Assembly (NCBI RefSeq): GCF_963676685.1
Contig: NC_092347.1
Span: forward strand, 73,718,001 to 73,782,000
Direction of reading: 5' to 3'
Source: Mytilus edulis
Lineage: Eukaryota
DNA length: 64,000 nucleotides
Shown here: positions 13,401 through 25,753 of the stretch, piece by piece
Position numbering within the stretch: position 1 is the first letter of the stretch
Layout: each line of letters opens with the position of its first letter
Program-made: the position numbers and the translations under genes
The notes under the pieces: model-generated
Seen by the model: only the letters and a program-made list of their open reading frames with translations
The model's database searches: none
Told to the model about the DNA's origin: nothing

Positions 13401-13949
13401 AAACAATGACTAGAAAGCTTTGTTTATGCCATGCTAGAAATTATCATCCAGATATGTGAGCTACAAAAAAAACCTTAATTTTATAATTTTTCAGACATAA
13501 AATGAGACCATTGACCATTGATTTAAACAGCATATGAAAAGGGAGGGGTAAGCCTGCTCATTACTCTGACATTCTGAAGGACTTATTATAGGATAAATTT
13601 TAGAAAAATATGCTAATGAAAATTAACAACTTATATGTTCGTAAGTTTGTCAACTTAAGCAATACAAAAGACACCAGTCTTACAATTTGGCATTTTCCTG
13701 TAAGTCTGCAAAAGACTCATCAGTGATGCTTGAAAAAAAGTAGTTGAAAAGGCCAAATAAAGTTTTAAGTTGAAGAGCATTTACGAAGTAAAATTCTGAA
13801 AGGTTTTGCAGGAAACAGCAAAGGTAATCTTTTCCTGGGGTATAATAAGCATGCATATAAATATTGGATTTGTAAAAGGTGCATCAAGGGAAAATGAAAT
13901 CACTACAGGAGCCAGTTGATCTGTTTCCATAACTGACATGTTCATAATA

Positions 13950-16900
13950 AAATATTTCCATACACCAAATATAGTTGACCTATTGCATATAGTATTAGAT
14001 AAAAAGACCAAAACTAATTGCTCAGTGTTAAGTTTTTGTGTGTTAGTCTGTTTTTTCAAACTATAAGCAATAGGTCAACTATATTTGTTGAATAGAAGGA
14101 TTGAATGCTGTATATGTCTGCCTGGCATAGTTCATCTTAACTTGACCTCATTTTCATGATTCATTGGTCAATGTTTAGTTTTCTTGGTTAAGTCTGTTTC
14201 TTAGAAACTATAAGCCAGAGGTCAACTATATTTAGTGTATTGTATAATTGTAAGGTGCACATGAATTTCTTGATTTGTTTATATGACCTTGACCTCATTT
14301 GTTTGGATCATATTAAGTTTATGTGATAGTTTTAGTAAAGCTTTATATTTAGTACTATCAACATAATATAAATGATCAGTGAAGAAGGTGAGACATTTCA
14401 AGAGTGTGCACTCTTGTTGAGTTTTGGTCTTATTTTCTTATACTATAAGCAATAGGTCAACTATATGTGTTGTATGGCAGCATTATAAGCTGTACATGTC
14501 TTCCATGGCTTAGTCATCTGACATTGACCTAATTTACATGTTCATTGGTCAATGTTTAGTTTTTATATGACCGTAAAATTTTTGCGGTCGTATATGGCTA
14601 TCATGTTGTCGTTGTCCGAAGACACTTGGTTTCCGGAAAATAAATTTAGTATATAAGTGAATAGAAATCTATGAAATTTACACACAAGGTTTATAACCAC
14701 AAAAAGAAGGTTAGGATTGATTTTGAGGGTTGAGGTACTAACAGTTTAGGAAAAGGGGACCAAAATGGGGCCCAAATAAGCATTATTAAACGACCGCAAA
14801 AAAATTTGAGGTCGTATATTGGTATGACGTTGGCCTTGTCGTCCGAAGACACATTGGTTTACGCACTATAACTTTAGTTTAAGTAAATAGAAATCTATGA
14901 AATTTAAATAAATAGAAATCTATGAAATTTAAGTAAACAGAAATCTATGAAATTTAAGTAAATAGAAATCTATGGAGTTTAAACACAAGGTTTATGACCA
15001 CAAAAGGAAGGTTGGGATTGATTTGGGAGTTTTGGTCCCAACAGTTTAGGAATTAGGGGCCAAAAAAATTAAATAATTGGGGTTCTTTGATATGCCAAAT
15101 CTAACTGTATGTAGATTCTTAATTTCTAGTCCCGTTTCAAATTGGTCTACATTAAATACCAAAGGGTCCAAAATTAAACTAAGTTTGATTTTAATAAAAA
15201 TTGAATTGTTTGGCTTTTTTGATATGCTGAATTTAATCATGTACTTAGATTTTTGATTATGGGCCCAGTTTTCAAGTTGGTTCAAATCAGGATCCAAAAT
15301 TATTATATTAAGTATTGTGCAATAGCAAGAAATTTTCAATTGCACAGTATTCAGCAATAGCAAGAAATCTTCAATTGCACAGTATTGTGCAATAGCAAAA
15401 AAAGTTCAATTGCACAGTATTGTGCAATAGCAAGAAATCTTCAATTGCACAGTATTGTGCAATAGCAAATATTTTCAATTGCACAGTATTGCGCAATAGC
15501 AAGAAATATCTAATTGCACAATATTGTGCAATAGCAAGAAATTTTCAATTGATTGGAGTTATCTTTCTTTGTCCAGAATAGTAGTTGAATCAACTTAAAT
15601 CATTGTTTTATACAATGCACAATGTATATTCACTTTTACTACCAACTGATAAATTAAAACACTCTTTACCATTCAGTGATAACAAGCACTTTTTGTTACA
15701 TTTTAATATTTTATGATGTATTTAAATGAGTAGTTATTGTTGCAAACTCCATTAGAAATTTGAATTGAGATCAGTTTTGAAAAAAAGGAAAGGGGGATGT
15801 GAAAAAAAATGGTGGGGTGGGGGGGGGGGGGGGGTTAATTTTTCTCATTTCAGATTTCATAAATAAAAAGAAAATTTCTTCAAACATTTTTTTGAGAGGA
15901 TTAATATTCAACAGCATAGTGATTGCTCAAAGACAAAAAAAATATTTTAAGTTCATTAGACCATATTCATTCTGTGTCCAAAACCTATGCTGTGTCAACT
16001 ATTTTTAAAATCACAATCCAAATTTAGAGCTGAATCCAACTTGAATGTTGTGTCCATACTTGCCCCAACCGTTCAGGGTTCAACCTATGCGGTCGTATAA
16101 AGCTGCGCCCTGCGGAGCATCTGGTTCTTGGTTTTCAAACATTAAATTTAATATTAGTAAAAAGAAATCTTATGAAATTTAAATACAAGGTTTATGACCA
16201 TAAAATGAAATGATATGCCGAATCTAACTGTGTATGTAGATTCTTAATTTTTGGTCCCATTTTTGGTCCCGTTCCCGGTCTACATTAAGGTCCAAAGGGT
16301 CCAAAATTAAACTTAGTTTGATTTTAACAAAAATTGAATTCTTGGGGTTCTTTGATATGCTGAATCTAAACATGTACTTAGATTTTTGATTATGGTCCCA
16401 GTTTTCAAGTTGGTCCAAATCGGGGTCCAAAATAAAACTTAGTTTGATTTCAACCAAAATTGAATTCTTTGGGTTCTTTGATATGCTGAATCTAAACATG
16501 TACTTAGATTTTTGTCGAGCCTGCAACTTTTGTTGCAGAAAGCTCGACATAGGGATAGTGATCCGGCGGCGGCAGCGGCGGTGTTAACTTAGCTCACTTC
16601 TTAAAAGCTTTATATTTTAGAAGGTGGAAGACCTGGATGCTTCATACTTTGTATATAGATGCCTCATGTTACGAAGTTTCTGTCAGTCACATGTCCAATG
16701 TCCTTAACCTCATTTTCATGGTTCAGTGACCACTTGAAAAAAAAGTTCAGATTTTTTGTAATGTTGAATATTAGTAAAAAGAAATCTTATGAAATTTAAA
16801 TACAAGGTTTATTTCATTATAAGTAATAGGATATCTATATTTGGTATGTGCGTACCTTGCAAGGTCCTCATGCCCGTCAGACAGTTTTCACTTGACCTCG

Positions 16901-19790
16901 ACCTCATTTCATGGCTCAGTGAACAAGGTTAAGTTTTGGTGGTCAAGTCCATATCTCAGATACTATAAGCAATAGGGCTAGTATATTCGGTGTATGGAAG
17001 GACTGTAAGGTGTACATGTTCAACTGGCAGGTGTCATCTGACCTTGACCTCATTTTCATGGTTCAGTGGTTATAGTTAAGTTTTTGTGTTTTGGTCTGTT
17101 TTTCTCATACTTTATGCAATAGGTCTACTATATTTGTTGTATGGAATGATTGTAAGGTGAACATGTCTAGCGGACAGATGTCATCTGACCTTGACCTCAT
17201 TTTCATGGTTCAGTGGTCAAAGTTAAGTTTTTCAGTTTTGGTCTTTTTATCTGATACTATACGCCATAGGTCAACTATATTTAGTGTATGGAAATATTTT
17301 ATGATTTATATATTAGTCGCGCAGGTTTTATTTGACCTTGACCTCATTTTCACGGTTAAGTGTTAAGTTTTTGTGTTTTGGTCTATTTTTCTTAAACTAT
17401 AAGTATTAGGTCAACTATATTTGTTTTATGGAAGCATTGTTAGCTGTACATGTCAGCCTGGCATGGTTCATCTGACCTTGGCCTCATTTTCATGGTTCAT
17501 TGGTCTTTGTTTAGTTATCTTGGTTAATGTAACGTTTATGTGACAGTTGTAATAAAGCTTTATACTAAGTATATACTATCAACATAATATCAATGATTAG
17601 TAAAGAAGGCGAGACATTTCAGTGTGTGCACTCTTGTTTATTATGGGCCCAGTTTTCAAGTTTGTCCAAATCAAGGTCCAAAATTAAACTTTGTTTGATT
17701 TCAACAAATATTGAATCCTTGGGTTTCTTTGGTATGCTAAATCTAAACATGTATTAAGATTTTTGCTAATGGGGCCAGTTTTCAAGTTGGTCCAAATCCT
17801 GGTCCAAAATTAAACTTTGTTTGATTTCAACAAAAATTTAATACTTGGGGTTCTTTGATATGCTGAATCTATACATGTATTTAGATTTTTGATTATAGTC
17901 CTGTTTTCAAGTTGGTCCAAATCAGGGTCCAAAATTAAACTTTGTTTGATTTCAACAAAAATTGAATATATGGGGTTCTTTGATATATGCTGAATCTAAC
18001 CATGTATTTAGATTTTTGATATTTGGGCCAGGTTATCAAATTGGTCAACATTGAGGTCTAAAGGGTCCAAAATCATTTATATAGGATTTCTCTATATTTT
18101 TCTATAAATGAACTTTATCTTGTAGTTAATAGAAAAATAAAATAAAAAAGTGGGGTCCCCGTTCATTTGCGCTCACAATCTGCCTTCGAAAGAAGCATAC
18201 ATTTTTGTAAAGTTGTTTTTTTTCTGTTAAAGTAATAGAAGAAATAAAGGTAATATCGAAATAAAAAAAGAAATTTATTACAGAAATCGCTCAGATTTTA
18301 CAATAATTTAGTTTAAGTGCAGCTTATAAGGAAACTATATTAAAAAATATAGGTCACTGATGAGTTGAAATTTTTTTTTCAATTTTAAAGCCAAAAAATG
18401 GCATTTTTCCACCAAAGGGAGATAATTTGGAACTTTTTCAATGATATTTACATTTTAAAAGTCATCTGGGGCCAACACGAATTGATTGTTTTGAATGATT
18501 TTTGTACCATATGATAAAGTAACAATTACAAAAGGAAATAAATAAAATTTGTAATGAAAAACAAATGTTTGATTTTTTTCTGAAATTTGTATACCCTCGA
18601 GCCTCCTTAAGTTTAAGTTCTTAGACCACATTCATTCTGTGTCAGAAACCTATGTTGTGTCAACTATTTAATCACAATCCAAATTCAGAACTGTATCAAG
18701 CTTGAATGTTGTGTCCATACTTGCCCCAACTGTTCAGGGTTTCGAACTCTGCGGTCGTATAAAGCTGCGCACTGCAGAGCATCTGGTTCTAGTTTCCAGT
18801 TTATGGAACGGTGTATGGATCTCTCTAAAATTATACCATAAGGTTCCATACCAGAAAGGGATAGTTATGATTGGCTTAAGGGGGTCATGGCTCAAAACGT
18901 TTAGAAATAAGGGGAAAAAACAAGGGTGTCCTGGTTAATAAACAATTACTTTTAAGTAAAAATTTGGATTACCTCCCTTACACTGCTTTTAAATTTTTTA
19001 ATGGGTAACTTTGGTTGCAAACTCCATTTGAATTGAGATTTTGATAATATCTTGAGGGAAAGAATTTTTTTCTTGGAAAAAAGGGGAGGGGGTATAAAAG
19101 AAATTGTCGGGGAACATTTTTTTCAGAAGATTTCAAAAATTAAAAAGAAAATTTCTACAAATATTTTTTTTTTGCCAAAAAAAAAAAAGGGTTGGATGGG
19201 AAGTAGAAAATGTTTTGTGGTGGGGTCAATTCTCAACAGCTTAGGGTATTGAAAAAAAATCAAAAAATAAAGGGGAGGGTAAAAAAAGGGGGGGGGGGGG
19301 TAGGGGGTTCAATTCGCAGCAGCATGGTGTATTGCACAATAGCAAACAATTGAATATAAATTCAAATCATATAACCAATATTAAGTTCTTTGAATACAGT
19401 TATTCTGTATCAGAAACCTATTATGTGTCAAATATTCAACTAAAATCCAAATTAAGACCTATATCAAGTGCAAATATTGTGTTAATTTTGCCCCGACTGT
19501 TCAGGGTTGTACCTCTGCGGTCGTACCCAGCTGCGCTCGGCGAAGCAATTTATTTTTGGTTACGTCTGTTTCTTAGAAACTATAAGCAATAGGTAAACTA
19601 TATTTAGTGTATTGAATGATAGTAAGGTGTGCATGTACTTTTCCTACGGTTTATATGACCTTGACATCATTTTCTTGGAACATGTTAAGTTTATCGGATA
19701 GTTGTAGAAAAGCTTTATATTTATGAATATCAACATAATATCAATGGTTTGTAAAGAAGGCGAGATATTTCAGTGTGTGCACTCTTGTTT
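13950..19790 (+). mobile_element. Nested stack of HINE-like elements
   Basis: 5' ends GACCG..CGGTCGTAT at ~14567 and ~14788; 3' hairpins GCTGCGC..GC at ~16102, ~18764, ~19531; separate insert 16514-17636; host sequence rejoins when inserts are removed; internal ~35-bp (15310-15550) and ~120-bp repeats. Confidence 0.75.
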
Positions 19791-20045
19791 TATTTGATAC
19801 AATTTTGTGAACATGTGGTTGTCAGAGGTAATTCTTTGTTCCTATTGGGAAAGGCATCTCTAAAAACTTGATAGGAATGATGATTAGGGTCTCTCCAAAG
19901 ATTTTTCATTCCAGATGAATGATATTGGGAATTGCGTTTTCATATCTTTGAACTATCTTGACCAGTTGTAAATCAAAATACCTGAATAGTTTTACTTGGT
20001 CAAATCAAAAGGACTATGCTGGCTTCTCGATCATACTCCGAGCAG

Positions 20046-20843
20046 GATCACGGCACGGGACGTTTGCGCTTTTTCATAGGACATTTGCGCTTTTTTTTGT
20101 GGACACTTGCGCTTCAAAACATAGGACATTTGCGCTTTTTAAAAATGGACATTTGCGCTTTTTACATAGGACATTTGCGCTTTTTTTTTATATATATATC
20201 TATAACTTCCCAGCCTCCTCTTTTATCCGGGCTTGGGACCGGTAGGTTTGACCTGGCAGAGTTAAAGTCATTCTTTATGGTTAAAAGTTTAAAATTCATA
20301 GCACCTTCATATGTCATAGCACATTGTTGATATATGTTTAAAGTGTATGTACAGAAATAAAATCAAGTACTGTCATCACAATTACAGGTCAGTTTTAGCT
20401 TGATATTTGAAGCCCAATGAGTGAACAAATTTTGCTCTTGTTAACTGTCCTGATTGGTACTTAGCCCACATTTCAAATAAATGATCGAGTTTCTCCTTTT
20501 CAACGGTACATCTCCTTGAAAGGTCTCCAATTTTTAGGGTTTGGTCGAAACGATATAAAAATCCATCAAGACATATTCATTTTTTTTCTTTACTAGTAAC
20601 TATAACTTTAAAATCCATGTTCACTGTGTAAATGTGAACTAACTAATGACAAATATAAGTTAAATTTATTTACGTAATGATTTACTTCTCATTAAGATTA
20701 CAGGTAGTCGACTATAGGTAAAAAGCGCAAATGTCTGGTGAATTTATTACAGGTGAATCAAAATTAAAAGCGCAAATGTCCATATTATTTGAAGCGCAAA
20801 TGTCCTATCGTTTTACAGGTAAAAAAGCGCAAACGTCCTGTGC
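20046..20843. mobile_element. MITE with subterminal GGACATTTGCGC repeats and 8-bp TSD
   Basis: TSD CCGAGCAG (20038-20045, 20844-20851); TIR GCACGGGACGTTTGCGC / GCGCAAACGTCCTGTGC; ~6 left and ~4 inverted right motif copies. Confidence 0.8.
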
Positions 20844-21355
20844 CCGAGCAGACTGAGGTTTGCGGCTTTGCCTGTCTGTGTACCTGCCAGGTTCATGATA
20901 AAAATATAGGCAACTTTCACTGGAAGACTATAAATTAATAGACTGGAGATAAAAACTTAACATGTCCCTGTGTGTACATCTCAGTGAAATCTCTTTATAT
21001 TAATAACCGCTTGATCTACTCGTTGTTATATTTATTCGTTGTATTCCACCTATTACGAATGCGAGGAGACGGTCGATAGCAGGCACATATATATAGTTGC
21101 GAACCAGCCGTTATTTCGGTCGGCTGGCTATGGAGTACAATAAATTTTCATAATGATATTTTCGCCCTAATAAAGTTCTGACACGAAAACCGATTAAAAT
21201 AATGTTTGGAGATCAACAGCTTAAGAAGCTAATATTTTGAAATATAAACTTCTAAATTTAAAGACCTAATTCTTTTTTGGTTTAATTGATTATAGAGGCT
21301 TAAATCTAAAAGACTTCTCCCATTGAAGTTGTAGTCTCTGCATAACACTTGCAAA

Positions 21356-21410
21356 ATGGCGCTAGAACGATTCCGAATATCTCTTTTAGTCTTACTTTAT
21401 TTCATTACTG
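21356..21410 (+). CDS. CYYR1/Shisa-like membrane protein, exon 1 (signal peptide)
   Basis: AAAATGG start; MALERFRISLLVLLYFIT(G)|gtgagt. Confidence 0.8.
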
Positions 21411-22202
21411 GTGAGTACAGTTTGTAACTTAATTTTTGATCATTTATCTCCCAACTTTAACGTTATTAAAGTTTAGAAATTAATACTTCATTGGAACCAT
21501 CATCCGTTAACTTATTTAAATCGAGATAATTTACAAAACAAAAACAAACAAGCAATGTGAATGCTTAACCCGCCCACATTCTGTATGTACCTCTCGCAAA
21601 TATATGTGCCTGTTATATATATGCAGTAGAATTAAATTATCGTTGGCTTCACATTTGAGTTTTGTTATAAATCAAACTTGATGTCTTCGTTCGAATCGTT
21701 TCTCATTTTGTCATTTCGGGGTCTTTTATATATAGCTGAATATAATGCATGGGTTTTGCTCATTGTTGTAGTCAATATATACGGATACTAATGGTTTCCT
21801 AAAATCACGTCTTTAAAAATCTTGTGAATTGGCATCCACCGTCAATGTAAAGGTACACTGATAGGTAAAAAAAATTCAGAGACAAGTGCCTGTGTTGGCA
21901 TCTACATATTTTTAAAAACTAGTATCGTATAAATCGAACCTCTCCTGTAAAATCGTTAATCGGTATTGTTACTCCTAAAGAAGTCAGGTATACTTAAATA
22001 CACACCGAAAAAACCCAACCACAAACAGTTACATTAAACTAAAAATTATTGTGATTTTTATTATGATTCATTCATTGACAATTTGTTGCTTACCTTACTT
22101 CCAGTGGTAAATAGTTTATGATATTATATCCAGGGACTTTCTATACTAACTTAGTATAGGAAGTCCTTGCTATATCACTGTGTTTTGAATGTTGTATTGT
22201 AG

Positions 22203-22317
22203 GTTGTTCGTGTGGAGATTTCTGTTATTACTACAGCTATGCATCCAGTAGCACAACGTTTTACTATTGTGGTACTGGATGCTGTGGCTATTACTACAGT
22301 CGAGAATGTTGCAGCAA
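22203..22317 (+). CDS. CYYR1/Shisa-like membrane protein, exon 2 (Cys/Tyr-rich ectodomain)
   Basis: tag|GCSCGDFCYYYSYASSSTTFYYCGTGCCGYYYSRECCS|gtaagt; C..C...CC......CC pattern. Confidence 0.88.
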
Positions 22318-22349
22318 GTAAGTCTTTTTAGTTTCTTGAGTTTCTTTAT

Positions 22350-22655
22350 AACTCGGAGTTTAGTATGACGTCCATTATCACTGAACTACAATCTAATTAA
22401 AAACCGATCTCTCATCGCTCCTGTTTCTGATATGTCGCGTGACATATCAGAAACAGGAGCGATGAGAGATCGGTTTTTAATTAGATTGACTGAACTAGTA
22501 TACATATTTGTTTAGAGGCCAGCTGAAGGACGCCTCCGGGTGCGGGAGTTTCTCGCTACATTGAAGCGCCATTGATGGCCTTCGGCTGTTGTCAGCTCTA
22601 TGGTCGGGTTGTTGTCGCTTTGACACATCCCCCATTTCCATTCTCACATTTTGGT
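22350..22655 (+). mobile_element. Fragment of the Penelope-like element 3' terminal region
   Basis: Reverse-complement match to ~38400-38580. Confidence 0.75.
22389..22488. mobile_element. 100-bp perfect palindromic insertion with 9-bp TSD (Mutator-type MITE inferred)
   Basis: 48-bp perfect arms, 4-nt loop GCGT; TSD ACTGAACTA (22380-22388, 22489-22497). Confidence 0.9.
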
Positions 22656-23772
22656 ATACACTTCAAGCTTGATACTAGTGATGTTTTGCATTCTTTTTAA
22701 ATATAATTTTCTAGCAATTCTTAGCCATTCATCATACAAACATGATTAGCATTATAGTAAACCCATTTTAAACCCTTAAAAGAAAGCACAATCGTGACAA
22801 TGCAATGAACGAAGTCAGATATTTATTGTCACTAGATCTTGGTCATTAACTTGATACAACTTTTTGATGAATAACATCGTTATAGATTGTTCTCCCACAG
22901 AGATGCAACGTTTTTGGACATTTGATAATTTGGGAAATAGACCAATGTTATATATATTTTGGAAATGAAACTCATGAACAGTATAAGATATGATTTTTGT
23001 TAACATATCGATGCACTGATATCTGGATCAGGCCACGAGAGCTTCTACAGTTGGATGTATATAGATGTACAGTATAAAGCTCTGTTTCGTATGCTGCATT
23101 AAAAACGAATGGTTATACAGAAAGCAAAAACAGTGTTTACAAAAATAAACTTGTCATTAATGGGAAGACTAAATGTATTATAGGCAAGAATGAAATCTTA
23201 AATTAAAAATCTTTGATAATGTATGTTATTGACAAAAATCACAAAGCTGTTTAATAGTTTCACAACAGCTTTAACTTGATATTTGAAAATAATGTGCTGC
23301 TCTTGAATTAAATTAAGCTTATTTCCTCAAATATTACTAAAGTCTGCGGGCCACATATATTTCATTACAACACAAATTAGTTGACCAACGATGGAATTCG
23401 ATCTTGTTCCGGAAACTCCATGGTGTTTTACTAACCAAATTCGTCGGATAGCATTAAAGTCTGGCCACATATTTTGGCTGCCCTGTATATTACATGGCTG
23501 AACTGTCTGAAAACTGTGTTGGATATAATATTACTGAACCGATGAATGTGGTATCATAAAACAATATATAGTAAATAGTGAATATTAAATTTTCGGTATC
23601 GTAAAGATCTGCCGACTGGGTTTGAATTACATGAAACGAAAACAACCCTTCTAATGTCTATATTATGCTCGAGACCAAGGATTTTTGTAAACCAAACATC
23701 TTACAATATATAGCGTATTAAATGCACATGGTCAGTATTGTCGGGTGACCTTCTGTTAATTATTTTTTTCAG

Positions 23773-23918
23773 TATTGGAACTATAGCCGGGTCAATTGTT
23801 GGAGGAGTGGTTGTCGTTGCTATAGTTATTGGAATCATAATTTGCTGTGTCATCACACATAAGCATCAACAAAAAAGAATAAAACAGAGACAACAACGAC
23901 AAGGAATAGTAACTATTG
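23773..23918 (+). CDS. CYYR1/Shisa-like membrane protein, exon 3 (TM helix)
   Basis: ttcag|(N)IGTIAGSIVGGVVVVAIVIGIIICCVITHKHQQKRIKQRQQRQGIVTI|gtatgt; TM, juxtamembrane CC, basic stop-transfer. Confidence 0.9.
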
Positions 23919-24671
23919 GTATGTTCTATCGTCTTATTGTTTGTATTCTTTGTTTCCTAATGAGTTCCAAAATCATTTTGACAATGATGAGCTACTTTTT
24001 AAATACCATCTTAACGCTGGATACCAATCTCCTTATGTTGGTTATTCAGTGATTAAGCACTTCTATTTGAATTTGATGCGACTGTCATGCAAGTGAGAGG
24101 TTTGGGAAGCTATAAATCCAGGTTCTACCCACCATTTTCTACATAAGAAAAGTCAGGAATATGACAGTTGATATCCATTCGTTTGATCTTTTGATTTTGA
24201 CAATTAATTATAGTAGGGACTTTCCATTATGAATTTTCCTCGGAGTTCAGTATTTTTGTGATTTTACTTTTTTCTAGCATGATACAGGAAGGTCAGCTTC
24301 CTCATAGAATACTACCGATTACAAAAAGTTTAAAAACTACCCTTATGTATATATACTCGTTAAAATTAACATTAATGATCGACCAACCAATTACGGATAT
24401 AATTCAGCTTTAATGTATCAGTGGTATTTTTCGACATGGTATATGTTGTTATAGTCGACATTGATAAAGTAAAAATCGATTTGATTCAATACAACTCTGT
24501 TGTGTATTGTTTTAATATTTTGTATGAAATTAGTAAAATATTAGATTTTATAGACATTTTTTTCATTACTCAGAGAGATAAAAAAATATATAACATCTGT
24601 ATGTTTGATAATTTCCAGATTTTTAATTTATAAATACGGTATTTCAATTATTTATATTTCTTTTAACTTAG

Positions 24672-24892
24672 TGCACACCGGTGGAATGCAAAATCACGGG
24701 ATGCCATATTCACATCCGCCACCTGACTACTCTCCTTTCGGTCCTGCAGCTGGTGGTCAGATGGGTGGGAACCCGGCATACCCACCTCCATCAACATATG
24801 GACAACCACATGGAATGCCCATGACAACAGGAGGACAGGCAACAGGAGGGATGATGACCACATCACACATGGATCCACCACCTTATAAATAG
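24672..24892 (+). CDS. CYYR1/Shisa-like membrane protein, exon 4 (Pro-rich tail with PPxY)
   Basis: ttag|(V)HTGGMQNHGMPYSHPPPDYSPF...MDPPPYK*; spliced total 178 aa. Confidence 0.88.
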
Positions 24893-25753
24893 AGAATATG
24901 GAAAATGTCATTTGCCTTGCTCCATGTGTAATGACTAAACAATTCACTTGTATAGTTTTCCGAACAATTTTATGTACATAAAACTATTTTTACCACTATT
25001 AACAATTGTTCTTATTTACATTTTTATAATGTCCCGATTGATAACGATGATCTATACGAAACGTGTGATTTTAGTTACTTGGTAAATAAAAACGTCAATA
25101 AAGGCAAACGGAAGGATGGACACCTCGGCTTTGTTAGTGAACTCTTACATAGCAAACTGTCTTAAACTACTTTACTTTTTGGTTTACATGTGTGGTTCCT
25201 TTATGAAATGGTAATAATGATTTAAGTGTTGGCATTTGCATTAGATACATCATGTTTGTTAATATTTGGAACTAGTTTGCAATAACTTAGTATTGCGATA
25301 CTTTTGGTCTTTAATGGTTTGTGTTTTGTACTGTTATGATTAGTGAGGCACGTTTCAAAAGGGTTTTTTTTATGTTGTGCTCACAGGCACTTGTCTGTGA
25401 TAAAAATATTGAAGTAGATCTTTTACAGAGACGAGCCTGTGGTTGTGCTCCCAACAGACACCACATTATGTACGTGTCTGTTCCTCCCAAGACATGTGGT
25501 TTTCGTTTGCTGTGTTTATATTTGCATTTCGTTTTTTGTTTTGTACATAAACTAGTATGTTAGTTTTCCTGGTTTATATTTGACATTTGGTCATGTCAGA
25601 GCATTTTAAAAAGGCTGTCTTGCTGAAAATAGCTTGACTATGTGGAATGGGTTTTGTTCTTAAAACAGTGAACAGCCACATCAACACTCATGAGGACTGA
25701 AAGGAAGATGAATGTTTCTGTTTTTTGTTTTAATGGATAAAAAATAAATTAAA

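Noticed and set aside
19958-20330. Repetitive HRTFALF / GHLRFF ORFs
   Set aside because: Translations of the MITE subterminal GGACATTTGCGC repeats.
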